Below are positions 12,922 to 26,095 of a DNA stretch of 64,000 nt, piece by piece. A program made the position numbers and the translations under genes. Numbering within the stretch: the stretch's first letter is position 1; each line of letters opens with the position of its first letter. The DNA comes from Octopus sinensis (Eukaryota), in NCBI RefSeq assembly GCF_006345805.1, contig NC_043001.1, positions 118,854,001 through 118,918,000 of the forward strand, read 5' to 3'. The notes below the pieces were generated by a model. It was not told the origin of the DNA. It ran no database searches and saw only the letters and a list, made by a program, of their open reading frames with translations.

Positions 12922-13945
12922 AAAGAAACTGCACAGGATTTCAGTGAAGCCGTCGAAGACATACTTGATCTGATCGACATCCCGAATGGTATTCGCCTGT
13001 CCGTAGTAATGAAGGGAAGAAAATCAAAATGTCAAACATGTGGAGATGTTTCCCACTCAGAGACTCTCTGCTCCCATCAAGTCACGTGAGAAAGAAAATC
13101 CCACATTTTACCAACGCCACGAATACAAAATCTACTGCCTAAGAGCAGGCAAACATGTCGTCAATGGTAACAGTAGCAGCAACAGCCACAGAGACTGCAA
13201 CAACAATAACAATAGAGACTCCAAACACTAGAGTGACAACAGCAGCAACAACATCCATATCAGGAACACCAACGACGCTAACGCACCATACGCTCACAAA
13301 GAACTCCGACACCAACAACAAGAAGAAAATCAATAATAGAATATCCCAGCACCAATATAACACCACAGGACATATCCTACCCTTTCCGATTTCTCAGATA
13401 TATTGTAGTGAAAATGATCAGAAAGAAAAGTGGAAAGCTGTCTCTATAAATAGAGAAAATAAAATAAAATAAAAACTAAATTTATTCACACCAAAAATTA
13501 GCAGGAGAAATCTAAAAGCAACAAGCCCTACAGTAGTCTCATGACCAACTTTACTACGACTATCTCTACCCTCACCAGAGACACTACCATCACTGCCGAC
13601 GTCACAAATACCGCTACAAAAGCAAATGTAACCACGTCACGCTTACACCAACAGCCAGAACAGCACCCGCAAACTGAACAAAACATACACCATCAACTAC
13701 ATGGCTGTAACACAATCAATAAAGAATTAATAGAATATATGCATCAACATACAAGTATTACGCACAATGACTACGTGACGCTAACACATAAAATGCCAAC
13801 TCATATACTAATTCAGAAAACAGATCAAAAACATACATCACTGAATACAAAATGTCCCGAGAGAATGGGATACATCCGAAGAACTATGTTGTTGGTAGAT
13901 GTGATATAGATCTATAACTGTGAGGGCTTATGAAGTCATTTTGCT
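12922..13945 (+). mobile_element. Decayed LINE (L1/Tx1-like) ORF1 with CCHC zinc knuckle, possibly ending at the AP-endonuclease start
   Basis: Frame 12922-13089 (absent from ORF track) reads ..LSVVMKGRKSKCQTCGDVSHSETLC = CX2CX4HX4C; Thr-rich tail follows; about 13905-13930 reads RSITVR, like xSINVRGL. Confidence 0.55.
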
Positions 13946-13949
13946 GAGA

Positions 13950-14820
<871 letters not shown>

Positions 14821-14838
14821 ATTATCATCATTATTATT

Positions 14839-15048
14839 AAGGCGGCGAGCTGGCACAATCGTTAGCACCCAGGACGAAATGCTTAACGGTGTTTCACCCG
14901 TCGCTACATTCTGAGTTCAAATTTCGCTGAGGTAGACTTTGCCTTTCATCCTTTCGTGGTCAATAAATACCAGTGAAACACTGGGGTCAATGTAATCGAC
15001 TATTCCTCCCGTCACCAATTTCAGGCCTTGTGCCTTTAGTAGAAATGA
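14839..15048 (+). mobile_element. SINE family S1 directly after (TAT)n 14716-14838
   Basis: aaggcggcgagctggcac head, same core and tail as other S1 copies. Confidence 0.88.
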
Positions 15049-15444
15049 TTTTTGCAATTATTATTATTGAATGAGAGAGCAGTGCATGCCATCAAAGTAA
15101 CACTGGGGTACAAATCATTATTATTATTATTATTATTGTTTTACTTCTCAGAGTGCTCGATCTTAGTAGCTCTGGTAGATTCTGTGGGAGCGGATAGCAT
15201 CCTGCTGTCAGAGGTCTTACAGAGTCTCTTTCCGGACATTACAAGTATCCGTGCGGACTTTTATGCGAGCTCTTGTGGAGGGCTAATTGAGCTTGCGGCC
15301 CAAAACTAAAGAAACCTAAATAGTATAATAGTATTACTATAGTACGTGTATAATGACTATGTCCCGGTGGTGTTTGATCAGAGGTAAAGGACGGATGATG
15401 AGAACTAATTCTGTAATAAAAGGGTCCTAGACGGACTTTTATTT

Positions 15445-15498
<54 letters not shown>

Positions 15499-15511
15499 AT
15501 TATTATTATTA

Positions 15512-18445
15512 CTTTTTTTTTCTTCTTTCAGATTTTCTTCCATTTCTTGCCGAGTGTCTTCCCGACTCCTAGGGCAAAGAAACTCATAGTGTATATTGGT
15601 AGGCCATTAAACCAAACTCAGTAGTTCGTTCATTTTTTTTTTTTTTTTAAAGTAAATTTAAATTAAAATACATGAGCAGCAACAGTTCTCACATCGACAA
15701 TGCTCTTCTCAATACGTGTGATGTACCAGTTAAGACAATCTTTTGCACTTCTTGCAGGGATGGTAAGCGGGATCATTCTCATATAATTTTCGGTTCCCTT
15801 CTTGATCATTCCTAGTGCTCCTACGATCACTGGTATTGTAACCGCCTTGAGATGACACATTTTCTCAATTTCAATGAGTAGGTCTTTATATTTTCTGAGC
15901 TTGTCAAACTCTTTCGCTGAGATATTATGATCACAGGGGATGCTCATGTCGATCAATAAGCAAACTTTATTGTTTTGGTCTTTCACAACAATATCTGGTT
16001 TATTGGCCTTGATGTTCGGTCTGTATGTACTGGAAAGTCCCACAGAATGGTTACATTTTCTCCTTCAGTTACAGCCTCAGGGTGGTGATTATACCACTTG
16101 TCGGCAGTTTTGATATTGTAATGCCGACTTATTAGCCAGGAGATATTGGCCAACTCTGTCATGTCTTAATTTATACTCCACTGGTGCTAAGACTTTACAT
16201 CCAGAGATTAGGTGGTCCACTGTTTCAATCATGTCGTTGCAGAATCGGCATTTTGGGTCTGCTCCATTTTTTATCACATTGGCCTGGTAGTTCCGGGTTG
16301 ATAGGCTTTGGTCTTGAGCAGCCAGGATGAAACCTTCGCTCTCTGCTTTTAGCCCTGAGCTCCGCAGCCACTGATGGGTTTGCTTCTGGTCAACATCAGC
16401 TTGTTTGCTGCGGGTCACATATTTGCCGTGCAGAGGTTTCTCCTCGCACCTATCAGCCAATTGCTCGTGCGCTTTTTTCATTGCCATCATTTTCACCTTC
16501 TTTGCAACAATAGTTGCCGTACTTCCCTCGGGTTGTTCAGTTTGGGTATCCTGCACGAGATCAATAGCAAATTTTTTGCTTTCCTTGATGATAGAATGAA
16601 GCTTCTTTCGTCTCTCGTGATTTTCCACGAGCCTTAGCATCCAGTCATTCGATATTTCGAGATATTTGGCCAGTCCAATTGTGGTTGTTTTGTAAGCTAG
16701 TTCAAATTGGATCAGGCCTCGACCTCCTTGGGCTCTGGGAAGGTAAAGGCGATCTACGTCTGCCTTTGGGTGGTGCATCCTATTACAACTCAGCAGCTTG
16801 CGTATTTTTCTATCTATATTCTTTACTTCACTCATATTCCAGTTCAACACATTGTAGCTATAAGTAACAACTGGAACTGCTAGGGAATTTATAGCTAACA
16901 CCTTGTTACGTGCATTTAGTTCAGATTTCAGGACTGCACGAACTCTCCTATAACATTCCTTCCTGATTTTCTCTTTCATGCTTGCATGCTGAACCAGAGC
17001 CTTCATTTATCCCTAAATATTTGTATGTTTGTTCTTGCTCAAGCTCTCTTATGACTGTGTCAATATCTAACACGACTGAATTTGTGGTCTTCACTTTCCC
17101 TTTCTGGAAAGTGGCCTTGGCACACTTCTCAAGTCCAAACTCCATCCCGATGTCATCGCTGAATGCTTTCACGGTGCGCAATAAGCCTTCAAGTTCATTA
17201 TTGTCTTTACCATAAAGTTTTAAGTCATCCATATAAAATAGATGGCTTAATTTTTTATTGGCAATTTTATACCCATACCCTGTTCTGTTTAATTCACTTG
17301 TAAGGGGTATTAGGGCTATGCAGAATATTAAAGGTGAAAGTGAGTCACCTTGAAAAATTCCACAGTTGATGTTTATATTTTCTGAGGCAAGTACTCCATT
17401 AGAGTGGTATAATTGGAGATTCGTATTCCACAACGACATATTGTGCTTCAGGAAGTTTGAAATCACAGGGAAATTTTGAAGATGTCCAGCGATCTCAAGA
17501 TCCATGGATGCGGTATACTGTCGAAGGTCTTTTTATAGTCAATCCATGCGGTGCTGAGATTTCTGCGCTTGTTGTGACAGTTCTCAAGGATCATACGATT
17601 GATTAGCAGTTGATCTTTGCATCCGTAAGAGCCTCGGCGGCACCCTTTTTGTTCAATGGGGAAAATATCGTTCTCTCCATGAATGCATATGTTTTCTCCG
17701 CCAGGATAGATGTTAGGATTTTATACGTGGTGGATAGACAGGTTATAGGCCGATAGTTTTTTGGAAGGTTGGTTTCGTTATTCTTTGGGAGTAGGTAAGT
17801 AATGCCACTTGCTAACCATTCAGGTGTTTTCTTTGGGTCTCTCATAATTCCATTGAGCACCTGAACTAGCTTACCGTGTGCGCACGGGAGCGATGCGAGC
17901 CAGAAATTCGGCACCCTATCTTTACCGGGGATTTCCAATTATGGGCCTTCGTGAGTGCCTTTCTTAGGTCTGCTATTGTGATGTCTTCCCATGCTTGTTG
18001 TTGTAAATTTTGGTAGGATCCTTCAGTTTGTATAATCCAGTCTGCATTTATGTTGTACGTCTTCTTGTCACTCCAAATCCTTTTCCAAAAGTTTTGAACT
18101 TCTTCCATGGGAGGGGGGTCTTTAACGTTACTTTCTCCTTCCCTATTTCTCTGTAGAATTTTTTGGCATTGGATGTGAACAGCTTTTTTGCTTGTAAAAC
18201 TTGTTTCTCTTCTCAAATCTTCGTATCTTTGGGCTTTTGCTTGGACTTTTTGTTTCAGCGTTTCTTTTATTGATATCAGTTCTTCTCTTGGTGAGGATCC
18301 AAATTTTCTCTTCATCTATCTTCCTGTTCTGGATCTTACATCATTTCCACATATTAGTTCATTTAATATTGATATTTCCCCTCTCATAAATTCAATCTCT
18401 TTTTCAATTTTACTTCTCCAGGTTTGATTTCTTCCAGGTTTTGTT
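15512..18445 (-). mobile_element. 5'-truncated R4/Dong-type retrotransposon, second family
   Basis: NYRPITCLSTTYK, GIFQGDSLSP, HLFYMDDLKLY, CRFCNDMIETVDHLISGC, ANKPDIVV..LIDMSIP..KYKDL; 3' end abuts (TAA)n, 5' end runs into (GAA)n/(TAA)n. Confidence 0.93.
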
Positions 18446-18604
18446 TTCTTTGTTTTCTTCTTATTATTATTTTGTTTTCTTCTTCTTCTTCTTCTTCTTC
18501 TTCTTCTTCTTCTTCTTCTTCTTCTTCTTCTTCCTTCTCTTCTTCTTCTTCTCTTCTTCTTCTTCTTCTTCTTCTTCTTCTTCTTTCTTCTTCTTCTTAT
18601 TATA

Positions 18605-18635
<31 letters not shown>

Positions 18636-18847
18636 GTCATTTATTATATACATATATCACAATATTCATAACTTTTCAAACATATAGTATGTTCTGGGTA
18701 ACAATCATATTGAAAAACTTACTGTAGGTTCGAACACATACAATTATTAACATATCCTGTGCACTCCATTTCCATTATATAATATATATTATATATATAT
18801 ATATATTGTATGTTATATATGTTTTATATTGTATATGTGTGTGTGTT

Positions 18848-18885
<38 letters not shown>

Positions 18886-19087
18886 GAGTGGTATTGATAT
18901 CCAGAAAACCCAAAGAGTGGCAGGTAACGCTAAGTAAGTGCTATGGACAGACCGTAGTTAAAATCTTGGTTCGGTAGTGATACGAGCGAGGAGTCTAATG
19001 TGGGTCTTGTATTAGTATGCATGTATATATTAGACAAAATGAGACAACAATGTGAAGAATTTTCAGGACATTTATGTGAAAAGAGAT

Positions 19088-19132
<45 letters not shown>

Positions 19133-19138
<6 letters not shown>

Positions 19139-19531
19139 ACTTGTTTCAGTCATTTGACTGCGGCCATGCTGGAGCACCGCCTTTAGTCGAGCAAATCGAC
19201 CCCGGGACTTATTCTTTGTAAGCCCAGTACTTATTCTTATCGGTATCTTTTGCCGAACCGCTAAGTGACGGGGACGTAAACACACCAGCATCGGTTGTCA
19301 AGCAATGCTAGGGGGACAAACACACACACACAAACATATATACACACACATATATATATATACATATATATGACAGGCTTCTTTCAGTTTCCGTCTACCA
19401 AATCCACTCACAAGGCATTGGTCGGCCCGGGGCTATAGCAGAAGACACTTGCCCAAGATGCCACGCAGTGGGACTGAACCCGGAACCATGTGGTTGGTTA
19501 GCAAGCTACCTACCACACAGCCACTCCTGCG
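19133..19531 (-). mobile_element. SINE family S2
   Basis: Head cgcaggagtggctgtgtggt, ggttcagtccc, tail tgactgaaacaagtaaa then (GA)n. Confidence 0.88.
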
Positions 19532-19540
19532 ACTATAGAT

Positions 19541-19594
19541 ATAGTCTTGCAGCTGTTTCTGGGACATTATGGATATCCCTTCATCAGAGACGAT
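19541..19594 (-). ncRNA. Minimal hammerhead ribozyme motif (cleavage triplet appears mutated)
   Basis: Minus: atcgtct CTGATGA a gggatat-ccata-atgtccc a GAAA c agct gca agactat; triplet GCA instead of GUA. Confidence 0.7.
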
Positions 19595-19972
19595 GTAAGA
19601 TGGTTAAATAGAGGTAAATATTTGAGTTCGAAATAAGGAATTATTATGGAAAAGGAGGAGAAAGGGAATATAGGTATGCAGATGGATCTTGATCAGTATT
19701 TAGCTATATTTTTGCATCAATATCCGCATTAAAGCTATAAAATTTAGAAATAACTTATCGTATATACAGTATAAAGAATAACTCGCATGTTCTAGACCTA
19801 AGAGCTAAGGCACCATAAACGTTTAGCACAGATCATTGAAACTGTAACTTAATATTTAGAAAAGGCAGATGTTAGCGTATATAGTAATGTAAATAATACT
19901 GATCAATTAACGTACTCTACAATACATACGGTACACATAAATACATGCTTGCATACATACATACATACATAC

Positions 19973-20023
<51 letters not shown>

Positions 20024-20816
20024 CATACATACATACATACATACATACACATACGTATGAACTCAGATTGATTCTGATATGAAGAGAGTATATGGAGATT
20101 AAAGACAATTTTATCTCTGTATTACAAGATGTACACTATCAAGTCACAGTGGGGTTCCTTCGCAAATGTAAAAGTTTTAATGTATGTCGTAGTCTTTTTT
20201 TATGTGCAAAGAATGAGCATGTTCATTCTTCTTATTAAGAACAAGAGACTCGTTGAATGAGAACTCTATTTTGAGAAAGTAATATCATGCACGGAAAAAC
20301 AAACAGTTTATTTATTTTAATTCGGTTGTACTAAAAGTATCGCTTAAAACAGGTACAAATCGAAAGTAGCAACGCGTCGATATGTATACAAATAAACTGG
20401 AATAAATGTTAGCAAGACGTAGAAAAAAAATATAAGAAGAAAGAAAATAGAAATACAGACCGCAGTATAGAATGCAGAAATGCTTCCAGAACGTCTTCGG
20501 TAAATAAAACATTTTACTCAATTTTAGGTTAGACTTTTCATAGGAAAGAAATCACTGCAAGTATTTTCATATGTCGCTTTGAGACAAAATTATTTTGAAT
20601 TGGAAACGATGGCCAAACATTAAAGCATTATAAACCGACCCTATCCCTACCCAATTTTATCCACCACTCTTTTTATATACTCATCATGAATATGCAATTT
20701 TATAATGCTGAACATACTTATTAATGCAAACCTGTATTCATAATTACTTCGATACTGAAATTAATTCTACATGATTTAAATATATACTCTCCTCTACCTT
20801 GTACTTTATTGTGTCA

Positions 20817-20869
<53 letters not shown>

Positions 20870-20966
20870 ATATATATAGATATAGATATATATATATATA
20901 TAGTACATAAAATACATACATAATTATATATATATATACATACATTGGTACATACATACATACATA

Positions 20967-20997
<31 letters not shown>

Positions 20998-21093
20998 TAT
21001 ATAAATTAGAAAACAACCACCATATTTTGTGAAATTTGATTTAGTATTTCTAAATTGAATCTTTCCTTGTAAGTTTGGAATAATATTCCTTCA

Positions 21094-21139
<46 letters not shown>

Positions 21140-21168
21140 TATTATTATATATATATATAATATAATAT

Positions 21169-21218
<50 letters not shown>

Positions 21219-21261
21219 ATATATATATACAGGGGGCAGATCTAATGTAGCTATAAGTCGT

Positions 21262-21548
21262 GATTGGGCAGAATCTGGATGACGTCCCGCTATGCTTGAC
21301 TAACGAAGCGACTGGTCAAGACAGGAAACAAACAAGAGGGAGTTATAATGCAGCGATTGGTCAAAATAATGATGACGTCCCGTTCCACTTGATTTTAATC
21401 AAGTGGAACGATTGGTCAAAACATTGATGACGTCACGCTACGCTAGATTGACCACCTAACAGGCATTATAAAACCGAGCATTTCACAAAAACTCACTAGA
21501 ACCACCCAGCGAACTTCCACCATGGGTCATCACAATTGCTAAGGTAAA
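21262..21548 (+). promoter_or_regulatory. Pol II promoter-like cassette (3x inverted CCAAT + CRE, palindrome, TATA, Inr, Kozak ATG, splice donor)
   Basis: GATTGG-N10-GATGACGTC at 21262, 21355, 21410; 14-2-14 palindrome 21381-21410; TATAAAA 21467; TCACT with A at 21495; CCACCATGG with ATG at 21522; AAG|GTAAAA at 21543/21544. Confidence 0.55.
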
Positions 21549-22081
21549 AATGAATTCCTCGCTCTTTCGGAAACATCAATCTTCTGTATTGACCGCTTTC
21601 CACCACTTTGATGTGTTTTTGTATTGATACGTATCGCCACCGTGGGCCACTGCATCGAACACTTTGAACATATACTTCAAACTATATATCAACTATACAT
21701 GAACTATTATCAAAACTATACATGAACTCTAAGATGTCTGACTCCGTTGTGTATTATAAATGAATTTCTTGTGTTTGACGGCATGAGCTGTCTCCTTTTT
21801 ATATATAACTTTTTTTGATAAGGTTCATTTCAGGAACTGAAACATGTTATAATGTATATAAAAAATTAAAAATTGTATAATACAGCAGCATTTGCGAACT
21901 TCATGTTTACAAATATATATATATATATATATATTATATATTATATATAATATATATATAGTATATATTAATATAAACCGACATAGGCAGTATAATACCC
22001 AAAGCTAAAAAATTCACCACTTAAATGCGGATGTTGCGTTAGAACATACAAATACTGCAATATAAACCAAGAGATAAAACC

Positions 22082-22327
22082 TTCATATAGTTATATGAAG
22101 CATAAAAGCACTTCTTAGCTAGCACCAGCGGTAGACATTCAGCGCTGCTTCCGCCCCTCGGACTACCAGATTACGTGATATTTTCAGTCGCTTGGTGTCT
22201 ATCATTGAAAAGGCCAAATCAGTCCGAAATCACGAGATCTGATCGTCCGAGCGGTGGAAGTAGCAGTGGTTGTCTGCCGCTAGCGATAGCTAAGATGTGC
22301 TTGTATGCACTATTTAGCCATATGAGA
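22082..22327. mobile_element. Diverged foldback/MITE-like inverted repeat
   Basis: gcacttcttagctagcaccagcggtagaca..ctcggac..cgtgat aligns to the reverse complement of atcacg..gtccgag..tgtctgccgctagcgatagctaagatgtgc; arms roughly 100 bp. Confidence 0.7.
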
Positions 22328-22386
22328 GTTTTCTGTCTCGGTAAATATTGCAATATTCGTGTGTACTAACACAACATCCACACACT

Positions 22387-22471
<85 letters not shown>

Positions 22472-22477
22472 CACGCA

Positions 22478-22509
<32 letters not shown>

Positions 22510-23389
22510 CACACACACACACTTTCAATTTGTGAAAAAAATTACGTATATTGGACATCGCTTTTTGAAGTTAATGCGATTTAAAGTTCTTCAAAAATGA
22601 AGTGAATTCTAACCAGGAAATACAATTGAATTCCATTGAACTACATTTTTGTTTTGTTTTCTTTTGTATAATTTTAAAACCTTGGATTTTTAAAACTTGA
22701 TAATAAATTAACTAAAAGCATGCCAGGTGTCGCATTTTTATACGTTATTCGGTTTATAAATAATTTAAATGTATTATTTATTGTATATTCGTATAAACGA
22801 CTTTTGCAGGTACTAAAACGATAGAAAGAAAGCAGAAACAAAAACAACAACCTGTATGAACCTTTCTTGCCAAAGTTAGCCTCAATATCAAGGAATTAAT
22901 GAATAAGTAAATCTATGAAGAAGTGAAAAGGGTAAATTTATATCTGCTTCTGATTGATTACAAATTACTTTTTCAATTCCACGCCAAAAGTCAGTGAATT
23001 TCGCTATGAGTTCATGTTTGTGGTGTTGGTGTATATGTGTGTTTGTGTGTGTGTGTGTGTGTTTGTGTGAGAGAGAATCCTTGTGCAAGGATCTGCTATG
23101 CCTACTACAAAATAAAAACTGTTACAGGACACCATTTTCCCTCTAATTAAGGATTATTAAACGGATTTCTTCCAGCGAATTTCGGCTTTTGCGAAATTTC
23201 CTTTTCTCTCGATTCCTTAAAATATTCATTCTATCCCTATCTTTTTCCATTTTTTTTACTCTTTTCTTTGGTCCTATTTTTCAACCTTTCTTTCTGTATT
23301 TTTCTTTCTTTCTTCCCTTTTTAGCCATAAATCTTGACATAAAAAATAGTTACTTCATTATCTAAAATAGAGGCTAATTTACACCCTTT

Positions 23390-23458
23390 CTTCTTCTTCT
23401 TCTTCTTCTTCTTCTTCTTCTTCTTCTTTCTTCTTTTTATCTTTCTTCTTTCTTATTA

Positions 23459-23490
<32 letters not shown>

Positions 23491-24333
23491 CTTCTTGCTT
23501 GCTGCTACTCTCTACTCCTCCTCACTCATCCTCTCCTCATCAATTCTATCATTATCATCATTAGATTCTAGTCACCATCATAGTCAATCACCATATTATG
23601 TTCCTTCTTCCCTCTCACCTCATCATCGTCATCGTCATCGCCATCCTTATTGTCGTCGCCGCCGCCGCTGCCCTTGCCATTGCCGTTGTCATTGTCTTTC
23701 TTCTTCTTCTTGTTATTGATGATGCTGGTGTCAGCAGTGGTGCCACCTCATCTCCTAGTTTTTTTCCCACTCTTCAACATCATTCTGTTGCAACTGTGGC
23801 TCCAGCTGTTTCTTTTGCTATTCTTTTCTGCCATCACTTCCACCATCTTCACCACTACCACCACCACCACCACCACCACCACCACCACCACCACCCACCA
23901 CCGCCCAGCCGCCACCGCCGCCGCCGCCGCCGACGCCGACGCCACCACCACCACCATCCTCTTCTACACCTACACTTTACCAATACTATAATTCTTCCTT
24001 CTTCCCCACCACTGCCACCCATCCATCCCCTTTCTCAGCCCACCCAACACCCATTCCCTTTCACCTCATCTACGCTTCTAGTTAACGTAGTTTTTAGATT
24101 CTCTCTTCTCTTCTCTCTCTTTCTCTCTCTCTCTCTTCTCTCTCTCCCTCCTCCCTACCTCCTCTCTCTCTATCTTTTTTTATTGCCATCTTAATTACAA
24201 CGTAGCATCTTTTTAACTCAATGGATTCCTTGATGATGTCGAGCTCTGCTTCAGTTACTATGACATCCAATCAACCCAGCTTCTCCAACATTTCATTATA
24301 TTACACACGCACACACACACACACACACACCAT

Positions 24334-24370
<37 letters not shown>

Positions 24371-24506
24371 GCACATACACATATACACACACCATACATA
24401 ACCTTTTCCTTTCAGTTTTATATGTTCTCCTTTGCTTGGTTTTCTCTCCGTTGATATCTATATATATATACACACACACATATGTATATATATATATATA
24501 CTTATA

Positions 24507-24550
<44 letters not shown>

Positions 24551-24559
24551 TATATATAT

Positions 24560-24599
<40 letters not shown>

Positions 24600-24622
24600 G
24601 TACATATACGCATACCTATATA

Positions 24623-24667
<45 letters not shown>

Positions 24668-25130
24668 TATATATATATGATATATATGGTATGTATATAT
24701 ATATATATATAATCGTTTTCCACAAGTATTCTGAATTTTATTTTCTCCTCCTCCTTTTCTTCTCTTGTTGTGTTGTTGTTGTTGTTGTTGTTGTTGTTCT
24801 TCTTCTTCTTCTTCTTCTTCTTCTTCTTCTTCTTCTTCTTCTTCTTCTTCTTCTCACCATTTCTCTCCACTTTTATATTTTCTCCCTTTTGTTCTCTCAC
24901 TTTCGCTCACCCATTTCCTCTCTATCTTGGTATCTATGTTTCTCTTTCTCTTTCCATCTCTCTGACCTTTGCTCTAAATCTCTCTTCTTCTTTATCATAT
25001 TCTCTCTCTATCTCTCTCTCCTCTGTTTCACAATGTATCACATTTATTATTGCTGTCTTTTCTCCGCCACCCTTAAATTTTTTTTTCTTTTATTCCATTT
25101 TTGAAGTATCACTTCATAAGAAGGGCGGAG
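23390..25130. repeat. Mosaic of simple repeats (CTT, CAT, CAC, GCC, CA, TA, GTT)
   Basis: Directly visible; produces the poly-H/S/T/L ORFs. Confidence 0.9.
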
Positions 25131-25952
25131 TGCCTAATCTATGTTACCCTGTGGGATATGGGTCAAGCTAGATGAATACTTTGGAAATAATAACCAAAAC
25201 CAAAACCAATACCAAAGCCAAGAGGCAAAATGTAATAAAGCATAAAACATCAAAAGACAAAATTTAGCAGAATCAGTTGCAACAGCAACAATAACAATAA
25301 AAAACAGCAATAATAAAAATAACGAAAACAATAATAACAACACACTATGTAGTCGTTCGACTTACTAAATATAGCAGCCAAGTGTCTCCTTCAACAAATT
25401 CTTGGATGTCAGAATCAGTAAAGCGCTGGACCAGAGGTTATGGTAGAGTTTAGTTGTAATTTATGCTCAAAGTTCAAATACTGTAGAGCATTAAAATAAA
25501 GTACCCGTTAGCAACTGAGGTCGATATAATCAACGATACCCATCTTTCAAATTTATGGCTTTATGCTACTGCTCAAATACGGTATTAGTGAAATAGCAGA
25601 AGTTTTAGAGCGTCGGACATATTGCTTTTTGCTTCGGCTCTCCATGTCCTGAGTTCAAATCCCACCAAGATCGATTTTACCTTTCATCTTTCACAAGTTG
25701 ACAAAATAAAGTTCCAGTCAAGAGCTGGGATCGATTTAAATGGTTAATCCTTCCCCACAAATTCCTGACCTTGTTCTGGCATTAGAAGAAATGTCAGACG
25801 AAATTGTTCTGCAGACACTCCTTCAAAGTCCGAGTATTTCTGACGAGTAGAACCGTAAATATCGCTCCACCACATTCCTTTATTATGGTGGACAGTTTCA
25901 TCTGTCTGGTGGTTATGGGGAAAGATTGTTTGGTTGTCATTTATTTGTTGTC

Positions 25953-26036
25953 AATATTCTGAATCTGCTTCACTTTCACTTCTCAGAATGTATGAGGAGA
26001 AATATGTTTGCGGGTTATTAACATCAGGCCTTGGAG

Positions 26037-26040
<4 letters not shown>
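25953..26040 (+). mobile_element. Inverted duplicate of the Penelope endonuclease C-terminus
   Basis: Reverse complement of 26429-26516 with few mismatches. Confidence 0.85.
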
Positions 26041-26094
<54 letters not shown>

Positions 26095-26095
26095 T

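Noticed and set aside
15385-15430. CGGATGA..agaa/ttct..ggtcc hammerhead-like pattern
   Set aside because: GAAA and the NUH site are absent.
21230-21246. cagggggcagatcta as a hAT/Harbinger TIR for the promoter cassette
   Set aside because: No complementary right-hand TIR found downstream.
22815-22870. Possible terminal exon after ttttgcag
   Set aside because: Short, with no recognisable protein or partner exon.
25830-25875. CTGACGA hammerhead candidate
   Set aside because: No GAAA after a credible stem II and no adjacent stem I.
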